DNA from: Flectonema sp. DT1601
Taxonomy: Eukaryota
Reading direction: 5' to 3'
Length of the DNA: 64,000 nt
Assembly: GCA_964019425.1 (NCBI GenBank)
Contig: OZ025788.1
Coordinates: 186,001 to 250,000, forward strand
Every line of letters begins with the position of its first letter. The first letter of the stretch is position 1. Position numbers and translations under genes: made by a program. A model generated the notes under the pieces. That model made no database searches. It had not been told where the DNA came from and saw nothing but the letters and a program-made list of their open reading frames with translations. Shown piece by piece: positions 35,965 through 49,365 of this stretch.

Positions 35965-38900
35965 TTATTCATCACTCTCATCAGAGGATTCTTCTGAACC
36001 ATCCATCATTGATCCTTTTATTGTTACTTTTGGTTGAGACTCGGATCTTGTTGGGTGTTCTGCTGGTGGATTCGTGTTGACAGATAGTTCAAACTCATTT
36101 TCATTCACCTGAGAAGACTCTCCTTCGATGCCAACAACGGGGTTTGAGACGGGAGCTGCTGATTCACTAGTTGACCAATCTGAATAAACTGAATCTTTTC
36201 TAACGATTGCTTTCGGTGGTTCTACAACTTGTTGAGTAGTTGACGCCTGTTCTTGTTGTTGTGGTTGTGGTTCAGGACGAGATAGAGTCTCACTCGACCA
36301 GTCAGAGTATATAGAATCCTTCTTTGATAATTTCCTACTACTCTCACAAAGTGGTTTATCTCCTTCCGATGTTTGTTTGGAAGTTTTTCTCTTTAATTTC
36401 TTGCTGCTGCTTTTACTCGATTTTGACAGCTTTCGTGGAATCGATTGAGGTGTAGCAATTGGAGTACTACTTGAAGTGGCTATCGGAGGAGCTGAGGTTT
36501 CATTTTGAGCAACCAGAAGAGATGGTGTTGCTGCACTCGTTGTCACAGCAGCAGTGACACTCGTTGTGGTCGTTGACGTAGAACCAGTAGAAGAATCAGA
36601 ACTGTCACTACTGCTGCTACTGCTACTGCTACTTGAGGTTCTGATTATTGGTTTTACTTTATTTTGGAATGAATTACTAACCGGTGAACTCAACTTCTCG
36701 TCGAGTCCTGCAAATGGTCTCATCCTCGTTGACGGTGCACTCTTCGGCACAAATGTTGGGCTCATGGTTCTCTTTGGAACAGATGTTGCTGTAGTAGTGG
36801 TAGAGTTGGAGACGATAAACTTATAAACTAAACTGTTTGATATTCCATCAGTGAGAACCATTGGAGATCCCTCAGAGTTGAGTGACGTTACGAGTCCGTT
36901 CTTCCAAAGTTCAGTGACGTTGTTACGAACCTTAACGGAATCGCCAACACTGAACTCGTTCCGAGAACCTCGTTCCTGAGAAGGATGTGCACCAGTACCA
37001 GTACCAGTATTAGTATTAGAAGGTGCTGAAGTGAGTACTGGAGAATCACCATCAGGAATGTGAGTCACTTGTGAGTACTGAGCAGTACCAAATCCTCCAT
37101 CTGTTAAAACTGTTGGAACTCCTTTAGAACTGACTGATGTTATAATTCCATTCTTCCACTCTTCTCTGTCATTGTCACGAACTCTAACAGATTCCCCGAC
37201 ACTCGATTGTTTGAATGAAATATTTGGATTTCCCTTCTCATTGACGACAGCAGAAGATGTCGCTTGCGATTCGCTGACTTGATTTGTGGAGCTACTGACA
37301 CCTGCCATGTGAGTGACTAATAAATATTGTTTCTCATCTTCTCCATCTGTGAGAACAGTTGGTATCCCCACAGAGCTCATTGAAGTAACGATGCCAGTCT
37401 TCCATGGTTCACTATCATTGCTGCGGACTCGAACAGAATCTCCAATAGCGTACTTCCCATTGGAAGAATTACCCACCTCAGTAGCTTGGACCGTCAGTGC
37501 TGGTGCTGGAATTGGAGCTAGAGTTGGCGCTGGTGTCGGTGTCGGTGCTGGTGCTGGAGTTGGCGCTGGTGCTGGTGTTGGTGTCGGTGTTGGTGTCGGT
37601 GCCGGTGCTGGAGTTGGTGTTTTTGATTTCCGACCTGGCATGTGAGCCACCAATAAATACTCTTTGTCATCTTCACCATCTGTAAGTACTGTGGGAACAC
37701 CTCGAGAACTTATCGATGCCACAATGCCGACCTTCCAGGGTTCTGCATCATTGTTTCGTGCCCGAACAGAATCACCGATCTGGAAGTTGACTTCGGGCTC
37801 CGCGGATGTATTATGAATTGGAGCTGCTACCGTTACTTCATTCACATAATTACTTTTGTTAACTTCAACTGTTGATAATATCGAACTAGCAGCTACTCCA
37901 ACTTCGACTACCCTCTCAGTTGAACTCACTGCTACCTCCATCTGAGGAAGTATAGTACGACCAGGTGATGGTTTATATTTCTTTATATGAGAATAGGTAC
38001 AAGCAGCACTCCCACCAGATGGCATTACAAGTGGCTGACCATCTTTTGTATCGATCACAACTCCTTCTTCCCACTGGTCGTTGGAATTTTGTCGAATGTG
38101 AACAGACTCCCCGACTGATAGAATCGGTTGTTGCTGTTGTTGTTGTTGTTGTTGTTGTTGCTGTTGCTGTTGTTGCTGTTGCTGTTGTTGCTGTTGCTGT
38201 TGTTGCTGTTGCTGTTGTTGCTGTTGCTGTTGTTGCTGACGTAGTTGTTCCGCGGCAGCAGCAGCAGCAGCAACAGCAGTGGCAGTAATAGCTTCTTCGA
38301 TATTGGAACTGACCTCGGTGAATGTTTTGCGAAGATTCTCATAAGAAATCTGTTCATCAGATTGAATCGAAGCAGTTTGTTGAATTTGATTCCACAACAA
38401 AGACTGCTGTGAGATCATCTCCTTCCTCGACACCAATTCAGAGTTTGCAACGATCTCTCTGGAGATGACGTCTGTTGCTGTTTTAAAATCTTTTTTAAGA
38501 TTTTCATAATCCACTTCCGAATCATAAACGATGACAACTCTGTGATTACTTTCAATTACCGTAGTCTCACGACACTTTATAAGGTACGTTTCCCTCGCAT
38601 GAGATGAGAATAAAGACTTCAACGATGATTCAAATTCAAAATGAATTTCATGTAATTCTTTTAAAAAACTATTATACAAAGGGAACCTCTCAGAAGTGAC
38701 GAGATTTATCAGAGACTGAATCTTATTGCGAGACATTGCTTCGATGTCGTTGAGGCATTTTAATCTAATCTCAATGAAGGATGATGATTTCTGGATCATT
38801 ATTTCATTTCTATTCCATAGGTTTGTAAGTTGGAGTTTTAATAGTTTTTCTGTATATAAAAAAACTGGATCGGTTTTGAGGATTGTTCTGTGTTGGGTCT

Positions 38901-41571
38901 CTAATGACAGAAAACACTTTATGCTAATCTGATCAAAAGTTTCAGATTGTTGTTTTTTTACATCATAACAACCCTCTGCATGTTGTCGTTGAATGTCAAT
39001 TAGATTCCTCTGATGAACTTCGTCAATTATCAAAAAGTTTTTTTCTTTCAACAATTTCGAACAAATCCACACACGCTGAGTAACCCTTGCATATTCTAAT
39101 CTGATTTCCCCTCTTAGAAAAACTTCTTTAGACGGGGCTTCGATTTTATGAATGGACATTCTTTGAATTTGCTGCTGCCGTTCAATAGCAATATAACCCT
39201 CGATGTGACTGTGCATCGCACTGTATATCTCACTATAAGACTGAGAAGTAAAGTACATGAGATTAACATTAGTTAGATACTCATGTTCCATACTAGCATT
39301 TTGGAGTATTTTAGTTTGATTGTTAATTATTAGTGATCTGTCTCTCGATTCTTGTAGCTGCTCAACAATCAAATTAAAAAATGAATTAAAAACGGAATTG
39401 TCGATAATATTTCTCATTGCATCTTCTTCACAACAGAGATCAATGACTTTCTGAGTCCATGTTTGTTCACATAAAATTATATTTGGGAGGCTTCGAACTG
39501 CCCAGGAGAGATCATCATACACCATTTGAACATGTTCTTGTTGTAATGGATAGCAGTAAGACAAGTCTGGTGATAATGTTACAACAGGTGGAGTTTGAGA
39601 TCGTTTTTTTCGACTGATTTTATCAATCTTATAGACCCCGAATGGAGATATTAAAACACTGTCGCTACTAAATTGATTTCCACGATTACCTTTTAATGAG
39701 ATAAGAGGTTTCTTAATACAATATAATAAACTTGATTCAGCAGGATCTGGGTCATGAGATGCTGTTATGGTTGCGACTGCAGACACAGAAGCAGATTGAG
39801 GTTCTGGCCATACAAGAAGCATGCTATCTCGAACAGCAGTTTTCATATCTGAAGTGCTTCCAATACCCGGAACAGATGCAGTGATGGTACTCTCTTGAGT
39901 GGTTGTTATTATTAGTGAGATCGTTTTTATCCATTTACCGATCAAGACGTCATTTCTTACTGATATTGCTTTTTGAATTTCAATCAGAGGAAGTTCAGAA
40001 CAAGTTGTACCCAACAATCCATTATATGATTGAATACTTTCACAAGGTTGTAATATAAACCTAACAAGAGATACTATGTCATCGCAGTCGATTACATCAC
40101 TTTGATCGTCAGAATGAACATCTTTACCAGAAAGTAATTTCAAACACCTCAACAATAATGATCTACTGCTACAGTTCTCATCTACCGTAAGATTAGCTGC
40201 GAGCTCATCAAGAATCGTTCCTGGTTTCGATGAATAAGAACACCAAAGAGATCCAATAAACCCACTAAAAGAATAACAAGGAAGCTCCACTCTTAACGAT
40301 CTGACATCATCAGTTCCCAACTGCTGTGCAATTATCGAAGAGGTAATATATCGAGGAGGGAGAGTCTTTGATTCGGATAAGGATATTCTTAATCGGTCGT
40401 AAAGATTTTTTTCATTAGACTTTGACCATGGAAGAGCAAGTCCAAGAGGAAGAGCAGGAGACCGAAGTGACCATTCTCTTTTTATATTTTTAATACGTAC
40501 GAGTGATTCATTGCTTTCGGTGACTTCTCGTAAACAACATTCACTAAGAAGATCTGATACTTCTGAATCAACTGTTGTTGTGATGGTTCCAATTAACGAC
40601 AACGAACCAATGAGTGCTACGCCTTCCGATAACCACGGGATTGGAAAACATTTTCCTGTAAATTGATTACTCTTCGCGATCACCGGCATTCCAAGAACAC
40701 CTCTCTCTGAGTTGTTATCTTCGCACTGCAACTTAGTACCGAAGAGAGTTAAACTATTTAGTAATAAAGATGACTTCAACCACTTAGTACTTCCACTCGG
40801 TAATAATATCTTATCACAATCAAGATAGGATTGGTCTTCAGGAAGGTGTCCGAAATACTTCAGAGGAGAGGATGAGGTACACAATTTCAACAGTAGTAAA
40901 CCAACCCTCGAAAAATCACCTTCCATCGAACCAGAAGGAAGAGGAATTTCCTGATGATGTTCTTGCCAAATACAATCAACGACGTAAACTAATAACGATG
41001 GAGATATTTGGAGGTTGTTACAAATTTCATTAACGGCTGTGCCATTTTTCGCATCAGCGTCGTGAATCCATTTCCTAACAACATCTTCAGTAGCGTGACG
41101 TGTTGAGATGAGAGATGATTTTAATTTAAAATTTTCTTTTGATGAAATAGAACCTCCCCAACAAACTGATTGTATCTCCTCACGAGTGTTGTCTGGTAGT
41201 GGACGAACTTCATCAACAGTAAACAGATCACCATCAGGTGCAGACTGAGGAGGAGAACTAACTTGTAAAACCCTTTGTCGATATGCATTATCTTCAATGG
41301 CTAAGATACGATTGTCATTTATAGTATTTCTTGAATCGCACTCTTCCCCATCATCATCATCATCATCATCATCATCATACTCTTCGAAGTAAGTCGTTGC
41401 CTTCCATTGATCTACAGAAATACTCTCCTCTCGAGGAGGTAAATTATAAAACTTCGCAACCTTTCCTAAACTTGTTGCCTGTTGTAGTTTTCTCCTTCCT
41501 CTCGATGGATTCTTTCTTATTGTTGGTGGCATCCATGGTGGTGGCTCACCTAGAAGCCATCCCCGTGACAT
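35965..41571 (-). CDS. Giant multidomain protein (1868 aa): coiled-coil, polyQ, five SH3/Tudor-like repeats, Ser/Thr-rich tail
   Basis: Single uninterrupted ORF with repeats of consensus [34 protein letters not shown]. Confidence 0.8.
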   Translation of the reverse strand: MSRGWLLGEPPPWMPPTIRKNPSRGRRKLQQATSLGKVAKFYNLPPREESISVDQWKATTYFEEYDDDDDDDDDGEECDSRNTINDNRILAIEDNAYRQRVLQVSSPPQSAPDGDLFTVDEVRPLPDNTREEIQSVCWGGSISSKENFKLKSSLISTRHATEDVVRKWIHDADAKNGTAVNEICNNLQISPSLLVYVVDCIWQEHHQEIPLPSGSMEGDFSRVGLLLLKLCTSSSPLKYFGHLPEDQSYLDCDKILLPSGSTKWLKSSLLLNSLTLFGTKLQCEDNNSERGVLGMPVIAKSNQFTGKCFPIPWLSEGVALIGSLSLIGTITTTVDSEVSDLLSECCLREVTESNESLVRIKNIKREWSLRSPALPLGLALPWSKSNEKNLYDRLRISLSESKTLPPRYITSSIIAQQLGTDDVRSLRVELPCYSFSGFIGSLWCSYSSKPGTILDELAANLTVDENCSSRSLLLRCLKLLSGKDVHSDDQSDVIDCDDIVSLVRFILQPCESIQSYNGLLGTTCSELPLIEIQKAISVRNDVLIGKWIKTISLIITTTQESTITASVPGIGSTSDMKTAVRDSMLLVWPEPQSASVSAVATITASHDPDPAESSLLYCIKKPLISLKGNRGNQFSSDSVLISPFGVYKIDKISRKKRSQTPPVVTLSPDLSYCYPLQQEHVQMVYDDLSWAVRSLPNIILCEQTWTQKVIDLCCEEDAMRNIIDNSVFNSFFNLIVEQLQESRDRSLIINNQTKILQNASMEHEYLTNVNLMYFTSQSYSEIYSAMHSHIEGYIAIERQQQIQRMSIHKIEAPSKEVFLRGEIRLEYARVTQRVWICSKLLKEKNFLIIDEVHQRNLIDIQRQHAEGCYDVKKQQSETFDQISIKCFLSLETQHRTILKTDPVFLYTEKLLKLQLTNLWNRNEIMIQKSSSFIEIRLKCLNDIEAMSRNKIQSLINLVTSERFPLYNSFLKELHEIHFEFESSLKSLFSSHARETYLIKCRETTVIESNHRVVIVYDSEVDYENLKKDFKTATDVISREIVANSELVSRKEMISQQSLLWNQIQQTASIQSDEQISYENLRKTFTEVSSNIEEAITATAVAAAAAAAEQLRQQQQQQQQQQQQQQQQQQQQQQQQQQQQQQQQQQQQQPILSVGESVHIRQNSNDQWEEGVVIDTKDGQPLVMPSGGSAACTYSHIKKYKPSPGRTILPQMEVAVSSTERVVEVGVAASSILSTVEVNKSNYVNEVTVAAPIHNTSAEPEVNFQIGDSVRARNNDAEPWKVGIVASISSRGVPTVLTDGEDDKEYLLVAHMPGRKSKTPTPAPAPTPTPTPTPAPAPTPAPAPTPTPAPTLAPIPAPALTVQATEVGNSSNGKYAIGDSVRVRSNDSEPWKTGIVTSMSSVGIPTVLTDGEDEKQYLLVTHMAGVSSSTNQVSESQATSSAVVNEKGNPNISFKQSSVGESVRVRDNDREEWKNGIITSVSSKGVPTVLTDGGFGTAQYSQVTHIPDGDSPVLTSAPSNTNTGTGTGAHPSQERGSRNEFSVGDSVKVRNNVTELWKNGLVTSLNSEGSPMVLTDGISNSLVYKFIVSNSTTTTATSVPKRTMSPTFVPKSAPSTRMRPFAGLDEKLSSPVSNSFQNKVKPIIRTSSSSSSSSSSDSSDSSTGSTSTTTTSVTAAVTTSAATPSLLVAQNETSAPPIATSSSTPIATPQSIPRKLSKSSKSSSKKLKRKTSKQTSEGDKPLCESSRKLSKKDSIYSDWSSETLSRPEPQPQQQEQASTTQQVVEPPKAIVRKDSVYSDWSTSESAAPVSNPVVGIEGESSQVNENEFELSVNTNPPAEHPTRSESQPKVTIKGSMMDGSEESSDESDE
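37499..37620. repeat. Pro-Ala/Pro-Thr hexanucleotide repeat linker
   Basis: ggtgct/ggtgtc/ggtgtt units encoding PAPTPT. Confidence 0.85.
38128..38238. repeat. CAA/CAG polyglutamine tract
   Basis: tgt/tgc triplet run encoding a Q tract. Confidence 0.95.
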
Positions 41572-43517
41572 TTATAAATGATGTTTCATAACTGAATTCT
41601 AAAAGTAAAATAGTAGTACACAACAACAACCAGACAAGACATGCTTGAAACACCACTGTAAACGTGCTAACAGCAGGAGGGCCAAGATGGCTTTAAGTTG
41701 CAACACAAAACAAAGTAAAGCAAAACAGAGACAAAACTAAACAAAAAAAAAGAGGGGCGGAAACACCGGCAACGAGACACGGGAGAACAGAAAAAAAAAA
41801 AGAAGAAAAAAAAACAGGCGTACGAGTTTTTGTTGCGACATTTTTACCAACCCGAATTGGATTGATATCCCCCCCCCCTCCTCCCTCCTCAAAGTCTATT
41901 GAAAGTACATTCCTTTTAAAAAATCTCCCCTAACAAAAAAATATCAAAAATCTTAAACCACGCCAGTGTAAGAATAAATCTCCATTAGCGTTTTATCACA
42001 ACCGATCACAATGTGCTGTCACTATAATTAGGTCAATAAACGGTTTACTAAAATTAAGTTTATTACAAGGGAGAGACATAAAGAAAATAAGAAGTAAAAA
42101 GTATGTAGTTAGGTAGGCAAGACTTGTACATGGTTATGAGAATTCCGTAAGGATATTGTTGTGACGAAAGTCAGAGAAGAGAATAATTTCAGATTAAGCC
42201 ATATTTATAGCATCTTAAGTATTGTCGTTTTAAATGGTTTTTATTCATTTTTTTTTTTGTGTCAAAAAAAGAAAAGTGTTCACTAATTGACCATCGCTTA
42301 CTTCTCGCATGTTGGTGGGTAATTTTGTTTCCTTTTAATCTCCTTATTAATGACTAAGAAAACTAAGAAAATATCACTTTTTTTTTTTTTTTTTTTCCAA
42401 GAATAAGTTTCTAAGTAATACCAAACACCACCAGAGATGAAAGAAATTGAGAAAAGTGTCAAAAGCGATTCTTTTTTTTTTTTTTTTTTTCCTTTTCCAT
42501 TCCTTTTCCCAACTGAAAGTAAAAGAAAGTGTCAAACGTATACACAGGTGACTATTTCGATTATTTCAGGGTATAGAAGCCCCTCTCTGAGAAGACCCCA
42601 AAATAGAATATTTCCTACACGGTCACAAGTTATTTTCCCCATTATATCTGCGTTCAATATAAGGCTAATCTGACTGATTTCCATTCGAACCGTTCGATGA
42701 GAATTATAATTTCTTTTCATTCTTTTTTTTTTTTTTTTTTTTTTTTTGTACCTACAAAAAACCTATTGTTCGGTAGAGTGAGAATCATAACATCACAATT
42801 TAATTATTTTATTTGATTTTTGTACCGTATTGCACAAACAAAAAAGTGTGAGTAAAAAAAAGGGTAAAAAAAAAAAAAAAAAAAATCTCATTCAAGTCTG
42901 TAATCTCTGTGAATGAAGAACAAGTTGAGAATAACAAAAAAGAAGAGGGAAACAAACAAACAACACATACAAACTCGCTAAGAAGGACTTTAGAGGAGGA
43001 AAAGTTTTTAGGTTACACCACCAGTCCATTACCAGTCTCTCATCAAGTGCCACGACATAAACGAATGCCGGTTTTTTTAAAAGTGAAAAATATAAAAATA
43101 CAATAAACTTACCTGGGAAGGCTCTAGAGCACTCAAACCACAAGTGACTAGGTGTGAATTTTGAAAAGAAAAGAAAAAAAGAGAAAAAAAAAGAATCCAA
43201 GAAAATATCCGTGATTCCTTTTTTTACCCAGCGGAACAAAAAGATACCACCATAAGAACAGATGACGTAGTCTTACGAAGGATTTTCGATATTGCCATGT
43301 AGAAGCTAAGTAAGGAGAGTGAAACAATCTCACAAACAGAAACACCACAGAAACATTTCCTTACCAATAAAAACTAACTCTGAGTCAATAAATAAATAAG
43401 AGGGAAAAGAGGTCCACATTTGAAAACCAGAACCGAATTGTCATCCCAAGTGAGTTAGAGAGAGGGGGGAAAAAAAAAAGAAGAAAAAAAAATTGAAACG
43501 CAAAAAGCCTTCCAGAA

Positions 43518-46500
43518 CTAAATCAATAATACTAAAGGTATCAGTAGAAGAAGAAGAAGGATATAAAGATTAAAAATTAAAGCCAACAACACCACTACAA
43601 CACATGACATGAGCATGATTAAGATATTTGTGGGAAGGGCTTTTTTTTTTAAAGTTTTCCAAAATTGAGTGTTTTTACGAACTATTTCAGTTGGTGATTC
43701 AAGCAACGGAGGCGGCAACGGTGACGACTCCAAATTAATAAGATCGATGACATCTGGATAGAACGAAAACACAGCAGCTCCCTGTTCTTGAATATGAGCA
43801 AGCATTATATTAAGAATTCGTTGAGATGTTATCCCCTTTCCTTCGATACTGAGAAGTCTCATACCAACACAGATTCCAAACTTTTCAGCAGGTGAATCCG
43901 GTTTTATTTCAACTGCTACGTAAACACCATTACTTGGAAGCCAATGGACCCCAAGCTCCCCATTAATAGGAAGAGATATAACATCAGGTCTGGCAGCTAC
44001 TTGAACTACTTTTAAAATATCCCATGCTAAGTCACCAGCTTCAACTGCATTAAGTGGTTTTGAAAAAGTATATCGACTACTCCATCCATACTTCTGAAGA
44101 CATGAAATGATATTCGGATGAGGTTCTACCGATGCTGTTGAAATCGCATCGTTTATGACAGCTAACCGATCAGTTGAACATGGCTCAGGGATTACAGCTC
44201 TGGTACATAAGGAACCTAATAATAGAGTTAGCATGTGACCAGGATGAGTTTTATTTTTCCAATCAGAAGTGATATCGTAGTCAACTGACGTGTCTTGTTG
44301 TTCGTAGTCGGGTGACGTAACTTCAATCGATTCAATACTCTCAACACGTTCAACTGCGATAGAAACATCTCCGGTACTACTGGCTTCAGTTTCTCTTATA
44401 AAACTCGATATTTGAACAGTCTTTGGAATTGATTGGGAGCTCACATTTTCCTTCGTGTTTGTTGGTGTTGTGTTTGTTGGACTTCCTCTATTGCTGGAGT
44501 TATTTAATTTATTATTGTTTGAACCATCTAACCTCCTACTCCACAATTGACCTGTTGGCTTACCTGTTACTGGAGGAGGTTGATCACTTGGACAACTACT
44601 TAGTGTTCGTTGTTCAGATCCTCTTGATACAACACTAAGCATAGTATCACCACCAACACTATCGGTACTTCTTTGATGTCGTAGTGTAGCAGCTAAGACG
44701 TAGCCGAGGTTACTATTACTGTTTCCTCGTAGTTCTGCAATCTGATTTGTTTGTATTTAGTTTTGTACTTCATTTTCACAAATAACAAGATTCAAGCATA
44801 CCTCAGCACTCCTCTTCGATTTGTCGCTTCCAAGAGCACCCCAACTTGATGTTGGAACGGCTGAAACCGTCCTGGCTCTTGGTCGTTTTGTTAGAGGTTT
44901 TACCTGAAGTGGGTTGAGAAGTTTCATTTGTTTTTTAAAAATAATAATGAAACATATTATAAATTACATCTTTCATTAAAATAACTAAAATACAAACCTC
45001 TTGAAGTGTTGGTGATGGTGCTACCGGTGCAGCAGCTTCACCTACTGTCTCACTCTCAAGGGCAGTTTTTGGTGAGAGGAGAGGACCAGATGAGATAAGA
45101 TTATTTGGAATGTACATATCACGTGCAGCTGATAGAATAGGATTACAATGACTTACTGATCCTCTCTTTGAAGGAACTGATAAACTTTCATAAGAAGAAT
45201 TCGCACGAAGTAATAATCTCGTCGGAACAACAACTGCCGTTGAAAGAACAGCTGCTGCAGCAATGAGTGCTACCTCTACAGTCTGACTCATAATCAACAC
45301 TTCATCAATTGCATCAGCAGGCGGTGATGAGAAGTAAGAAGGTACTGCAAAAGCACTACCAGGAGTATGCGACACAAACTGAGTAACTGGACTTGTCATC
45401 GCTGGCATGAAGTTCGGAGTAGACCATTGCTGAGTACTTGGATCACCTACAGCGTTATCTTGAATAAATGCTGCAACTTTTGATCTAAATGAAGACCTAG
45501 TTCCAGGTATCATCATTATATTATCCATACTCTGATCACCTGTTGTTATTGGACTAATTAATCTTTCTGGTGGTGAGATAATATTTGGAGTACCACAATC
45601 AGTTTGACCAGCGTGTTGAGTTAATACTTCTGTGTCAGCCGTACTACATCTGGTTGGGACTGGTTTCCCAAATGAATTGTTATCGGGGTGGTTTAAATCT
45701 ACCTTAACACTGTCAGCTCCCCTCCTCTCACTGATATTATTCTTTTTTGAAAATGGTGATATTCCTCTCATCTGATTTAGAGGTGATCCAGCGTCTTCAC
45801 TCGCAGCAGCTTCATTAGCAGCAGCATGTCGAAGTGATTTCGGAGAGTTTCTACCTCTGGTGCTGTTAAGACCTCGACTAGCTCCAAAGACGCCTGAGCC
45901 TTTGGCACTCATACCAGTCGGTGAGATTGTTGTTTGTTCGTTATATTGTTTAAAGATACCACTACCAACAGTACTTAAACCTGTTGGGGAAGGTACTACA
46001 TCTTGAGTAGTGGGATCTCTGTATGCGGAAACTTGATTACCAGAAACAGGTGGTGAACGAGTTTCAATCCTATTAGGAGATGAAGGACCAAGAATTGAAC
46101 CAAATCTCTGACAAGGTTCACTTTGATTATAAAAACTACCATCAGGTGACCCTGGTAGGTACTCACGAGTTGGTGAACCTGATTTCGGTGTACCACGAAC
46201 ACCACCTCTAGTAAACGATGAAACAATACTACCAGTCGTTGGTATGGTTTGAAGAGGAGACAGCATTCCTGGAGGAGCATCATCACCATTAATATTAATA
46301 TGATGTAATGGTGTTAATGGGATTGATATTCCTTGTAAAGAAGGTGTTCCTACAGTCTTAGGAGATCCTCTTGGTGTTCTCAACAGCTGCTCTACTTGTG
46401 AAAATATCAGTTCTTTGCTGAATGATTTTTCTTCTGCTCCGACACCTTGTGTTCCATAAACGACAACTTTACTTTTTATTTTATCAATTTTATAAACTTG

Positions 46501-48708
46501 ACATTTATGCCATTGTTTGCTAGATCTGAGAACTTCAACTTCATCCTTCGATTTAAACTGAATTAGTTTTAAAGTAATCGGCGGAACAACTGATGGAACG
46601 CCTACTATTTTATCTGATGACGATGAAGCAAGAGGAATAGCATTACCACTGCTGTCTAGAGGTGATGGTTGAGGTTCAGACTCTGGAGGAGTGTCTTTAA
46701 ATGTTTGCATGCTTGCTTGTCTATCAGTTTTTGATTGACTTAATATTCTATTAACCTCAGTGGTAACCATAGCAGGTCTGTCATCGATCCTGACAAGAAT
46801 CCATCCGATTGCAGCTGATAAACCACATTCATATCCCAGACTGTTTGGAGCAACTGATTCTAACATCATAGATTTCGAAAACACCAATCCATGAAATCGA
46901 TCATCCCGTTCTTCATCTGAGAGTGTAATTGAGAAGTCAAGAAGTCTCTTTTTACGAACTTCTCGTAGCTTTTGAGGTTTTTTCAAAGCGACGACCTTCT
47001 CTCTGCCACCATCGTCTCCATCACTCCCTGAAGAGGCCCATTGGATTCCTTGACCAGAAGGATTTCTAGATATTGAATTAGTACTTCTTCTTCTATAAGA
47101 TGATGAGGTTCCAAGGAATGACTGTCGATCTTTATTATTATATTCAGGTGATCCAGGAACTGTTCTCGAGTGTGGATATCCAGGACTACCTGAGACAGTC
47201 GATGCTGGTGTCGAGCTAGCATCATCAGCTCCTAACTTTTGCAGCTTTCTATCAAGTCTCGCCCTGTCAGTTGGAGACAATGGCGGACCTGCTTTTGGTG
47301 TTCCCTTGAGTCTTTTTCCCTTTGTTCGAGGGGAGAGAGCAGCTGCTGGATTATTCTTAATATCTTCTTTGTCTTTTAGTGCTGGGTTTCCCTCAGACAT
47401 TTTTATAAAGTCATGACCCAATAACTCCTTTGCTTCAGGTCTCTTATCCGGGTTCTTCTGAAGACAGAGACGTAAGAATGATTGAGCTGCTGGGAGAAGG
47501 TCAATTGGTGGCATTGGAACATCAATCTCAGTATTCGCAATGTTCATTAAAATATCCTCATCAGTTCCTGAAAGCCATTTGAACGGAGCTTTTGCCGTCA
47601 GCATTTCGATAACAAGACACCCGAGAGACCAAATGTCCTGCCTCCATGTGACTGGAGCAGTGATCTCTTCAACGATCACTTCTGGGGGCATCCAAAAAGC
47701 TGTTCCTCCTCTCAATCGCATTCCCCGTACCTTTGCGAGTTGTACAGCAGCACCAAAATCAGCCAGTCTCAAATCTGCATCTGAGTGCAGAAGTATATTC
47801 GCACCTTTAATATCCCTATGAACAACACCTTTACCATGAAGGTATATTAACCCTTCTATTACTTGTCGGGCAAAGCTGGAAGCGACTTCGTGTGTGAATG
47901 GACCGAATTCAGTTAAAACTGAGGAAATTGGACCTCCGGGTACGTACTCCATAAATATATTTACGTAACCAACTTCTATGTTTTCTTCCATTCCGATGTA
48001 CTGGACGATACTTTTGTGTTGTAATTTTTCCATTAGTTCGACTTCGTTGCGGAGTTGAGCGATTGCTTCTTTATCAGCTCCAACAGTTGACACATTTTTA
48101 ACTGCTATTAATTGACCTCTGTCTTCAGCAAGTCCTAAGTAGACGGTTCCAAACCCACCTTGTCCAAGAAGCTTTCCTTTCTTCCAATTTAAAGTACCAC
48201 GAGATCGACTACTTGGTGAAGGAATACCACGTCTAGATCTTGGTGATGATAACATCGGTTTCTTAGGACTGTCGCGTGCTGAAGGAGTGACAATACTACT
48301 GGGCTGTGATACTGCTACTGCTGTTGTACCATTTGCAGGACTTGAGTTATAATTTGAACTCTGAGGACTATTATTTCCCTGAGTAATATGACTACTTGTA
48401 GCCTTGGGGGTGGGTGCTGCCAAAGTACCCGTCTCTGGAGTCCCCGTTGGTGCGCTTAAAACTGGAGCGGGTGCCGCTGATGGCGCCTGACCTGCACCCG
48501 ACTCCTCAGCGTGCTTCAAACTTGGAGGTCCCTCCTCTTCTACTCTCGGAGTGGCACTACCAACGGAGGATATTCCATCGGCACCGTTTCCAACTCGTCG
48601 TTGGATGTCACGAAATCGTCGCTCCCTTTCACTCGGATCTAATTCTTTTCTCTTTTTTGATTCAGACGGTGGAGCAGCTGCGGAGAGCGGCGGAGTCTTC
48701 ACCTCCAT
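43518..48708 (-). CDS. STE11/MAP3K-like protein kinase with two PDZ-like segments (~1678 aa)
   Basis: WKKGKLLGQGGFGTVY, IAVK, MEYVPGG, HRDIKGANIL, LADFG, WMPPE, DIWSLGC. Exons 48708-44998, 44903-44802, 44741-43518 join ORFs 44935-48723 and 43518-44642. PDZ-like LGVHW...IKPDSPAEKFGICVGMRLLSIEG. Confidence 0.85.
47524..47665. repeat. 142-nt exact direct repeat, copy 1 (copy 2 at 49528-49669)
   Basis: Base-by-base comparison shows identity between the two kinase genes over this tract. Confidence 0.9.
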
Positions 48709-49365
48709 ATCTCCCCCACCCAATCCTGTAGAAAATTAATTAGAAATACTCAACTAATACCTCCGAAGTAAAACTATCCGACTTGAAAAGGGTTCCTCCC
48801 CTTCAGTCAGTTTCGTTTGGCACAAATACATTAATATGAATAAACAATTGTAATCATTATTTAATCAACAATAAACTGTGGTAAGTGTATATCTAACAGT
48901 AAGTCTTCAATACTAAGGTTTAAGACCCGCTTGGAATAAGAATCAGGGAGCGTTAAGAGAGGTAACTTGATACTAATGTTGAATGGAAAGCAACTTAAAC
49001 TGGCTAAATCGAAAACAGGTCGGCCAAACCTCGTTGCAATATAAGAAATCAACAATTGGTATCGATAAAAAAAGTCCCATATATGCTGTCGAATATGGGG
49101 ATTCAGACCACGTACTACAGAACTATCAAGAGGAAAGGAAAGAAAATATCATCGCAAGAAAATAAAAGACCACGAGCGGCTGGTTTCTGTCGCATAAGTA
49201 TCAAACCATAAGTAAGACACAAAGTCACCAAGCACGTAGTTAACTGAACAAAGGAGGAGGAGGAGGAGTGTCTGAGGGATCTCGCATTATACATATGTGT
49301 TAGTCTTTTAAATTAAATAAAAACGAGAGAGAGGGGAGGAAAAAAAATACACGAGCATGGCAAAA

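Noticed and set aside
29571..43290. Similar motif TAGCTTC..TGGCA.TA.CGA (minus strand) near 29572-29591 and 43266-43289
   Set aside because: Only two gapped copies of about 20 nt; compatible with chance.
48726..48760. 35-nt GT-AG mini-intron in the kinase 5' leader
   Set aside because: Far shorter than the supported introns, with an atypical donor; the AG fits the pre-ATG acceptor class equally well.
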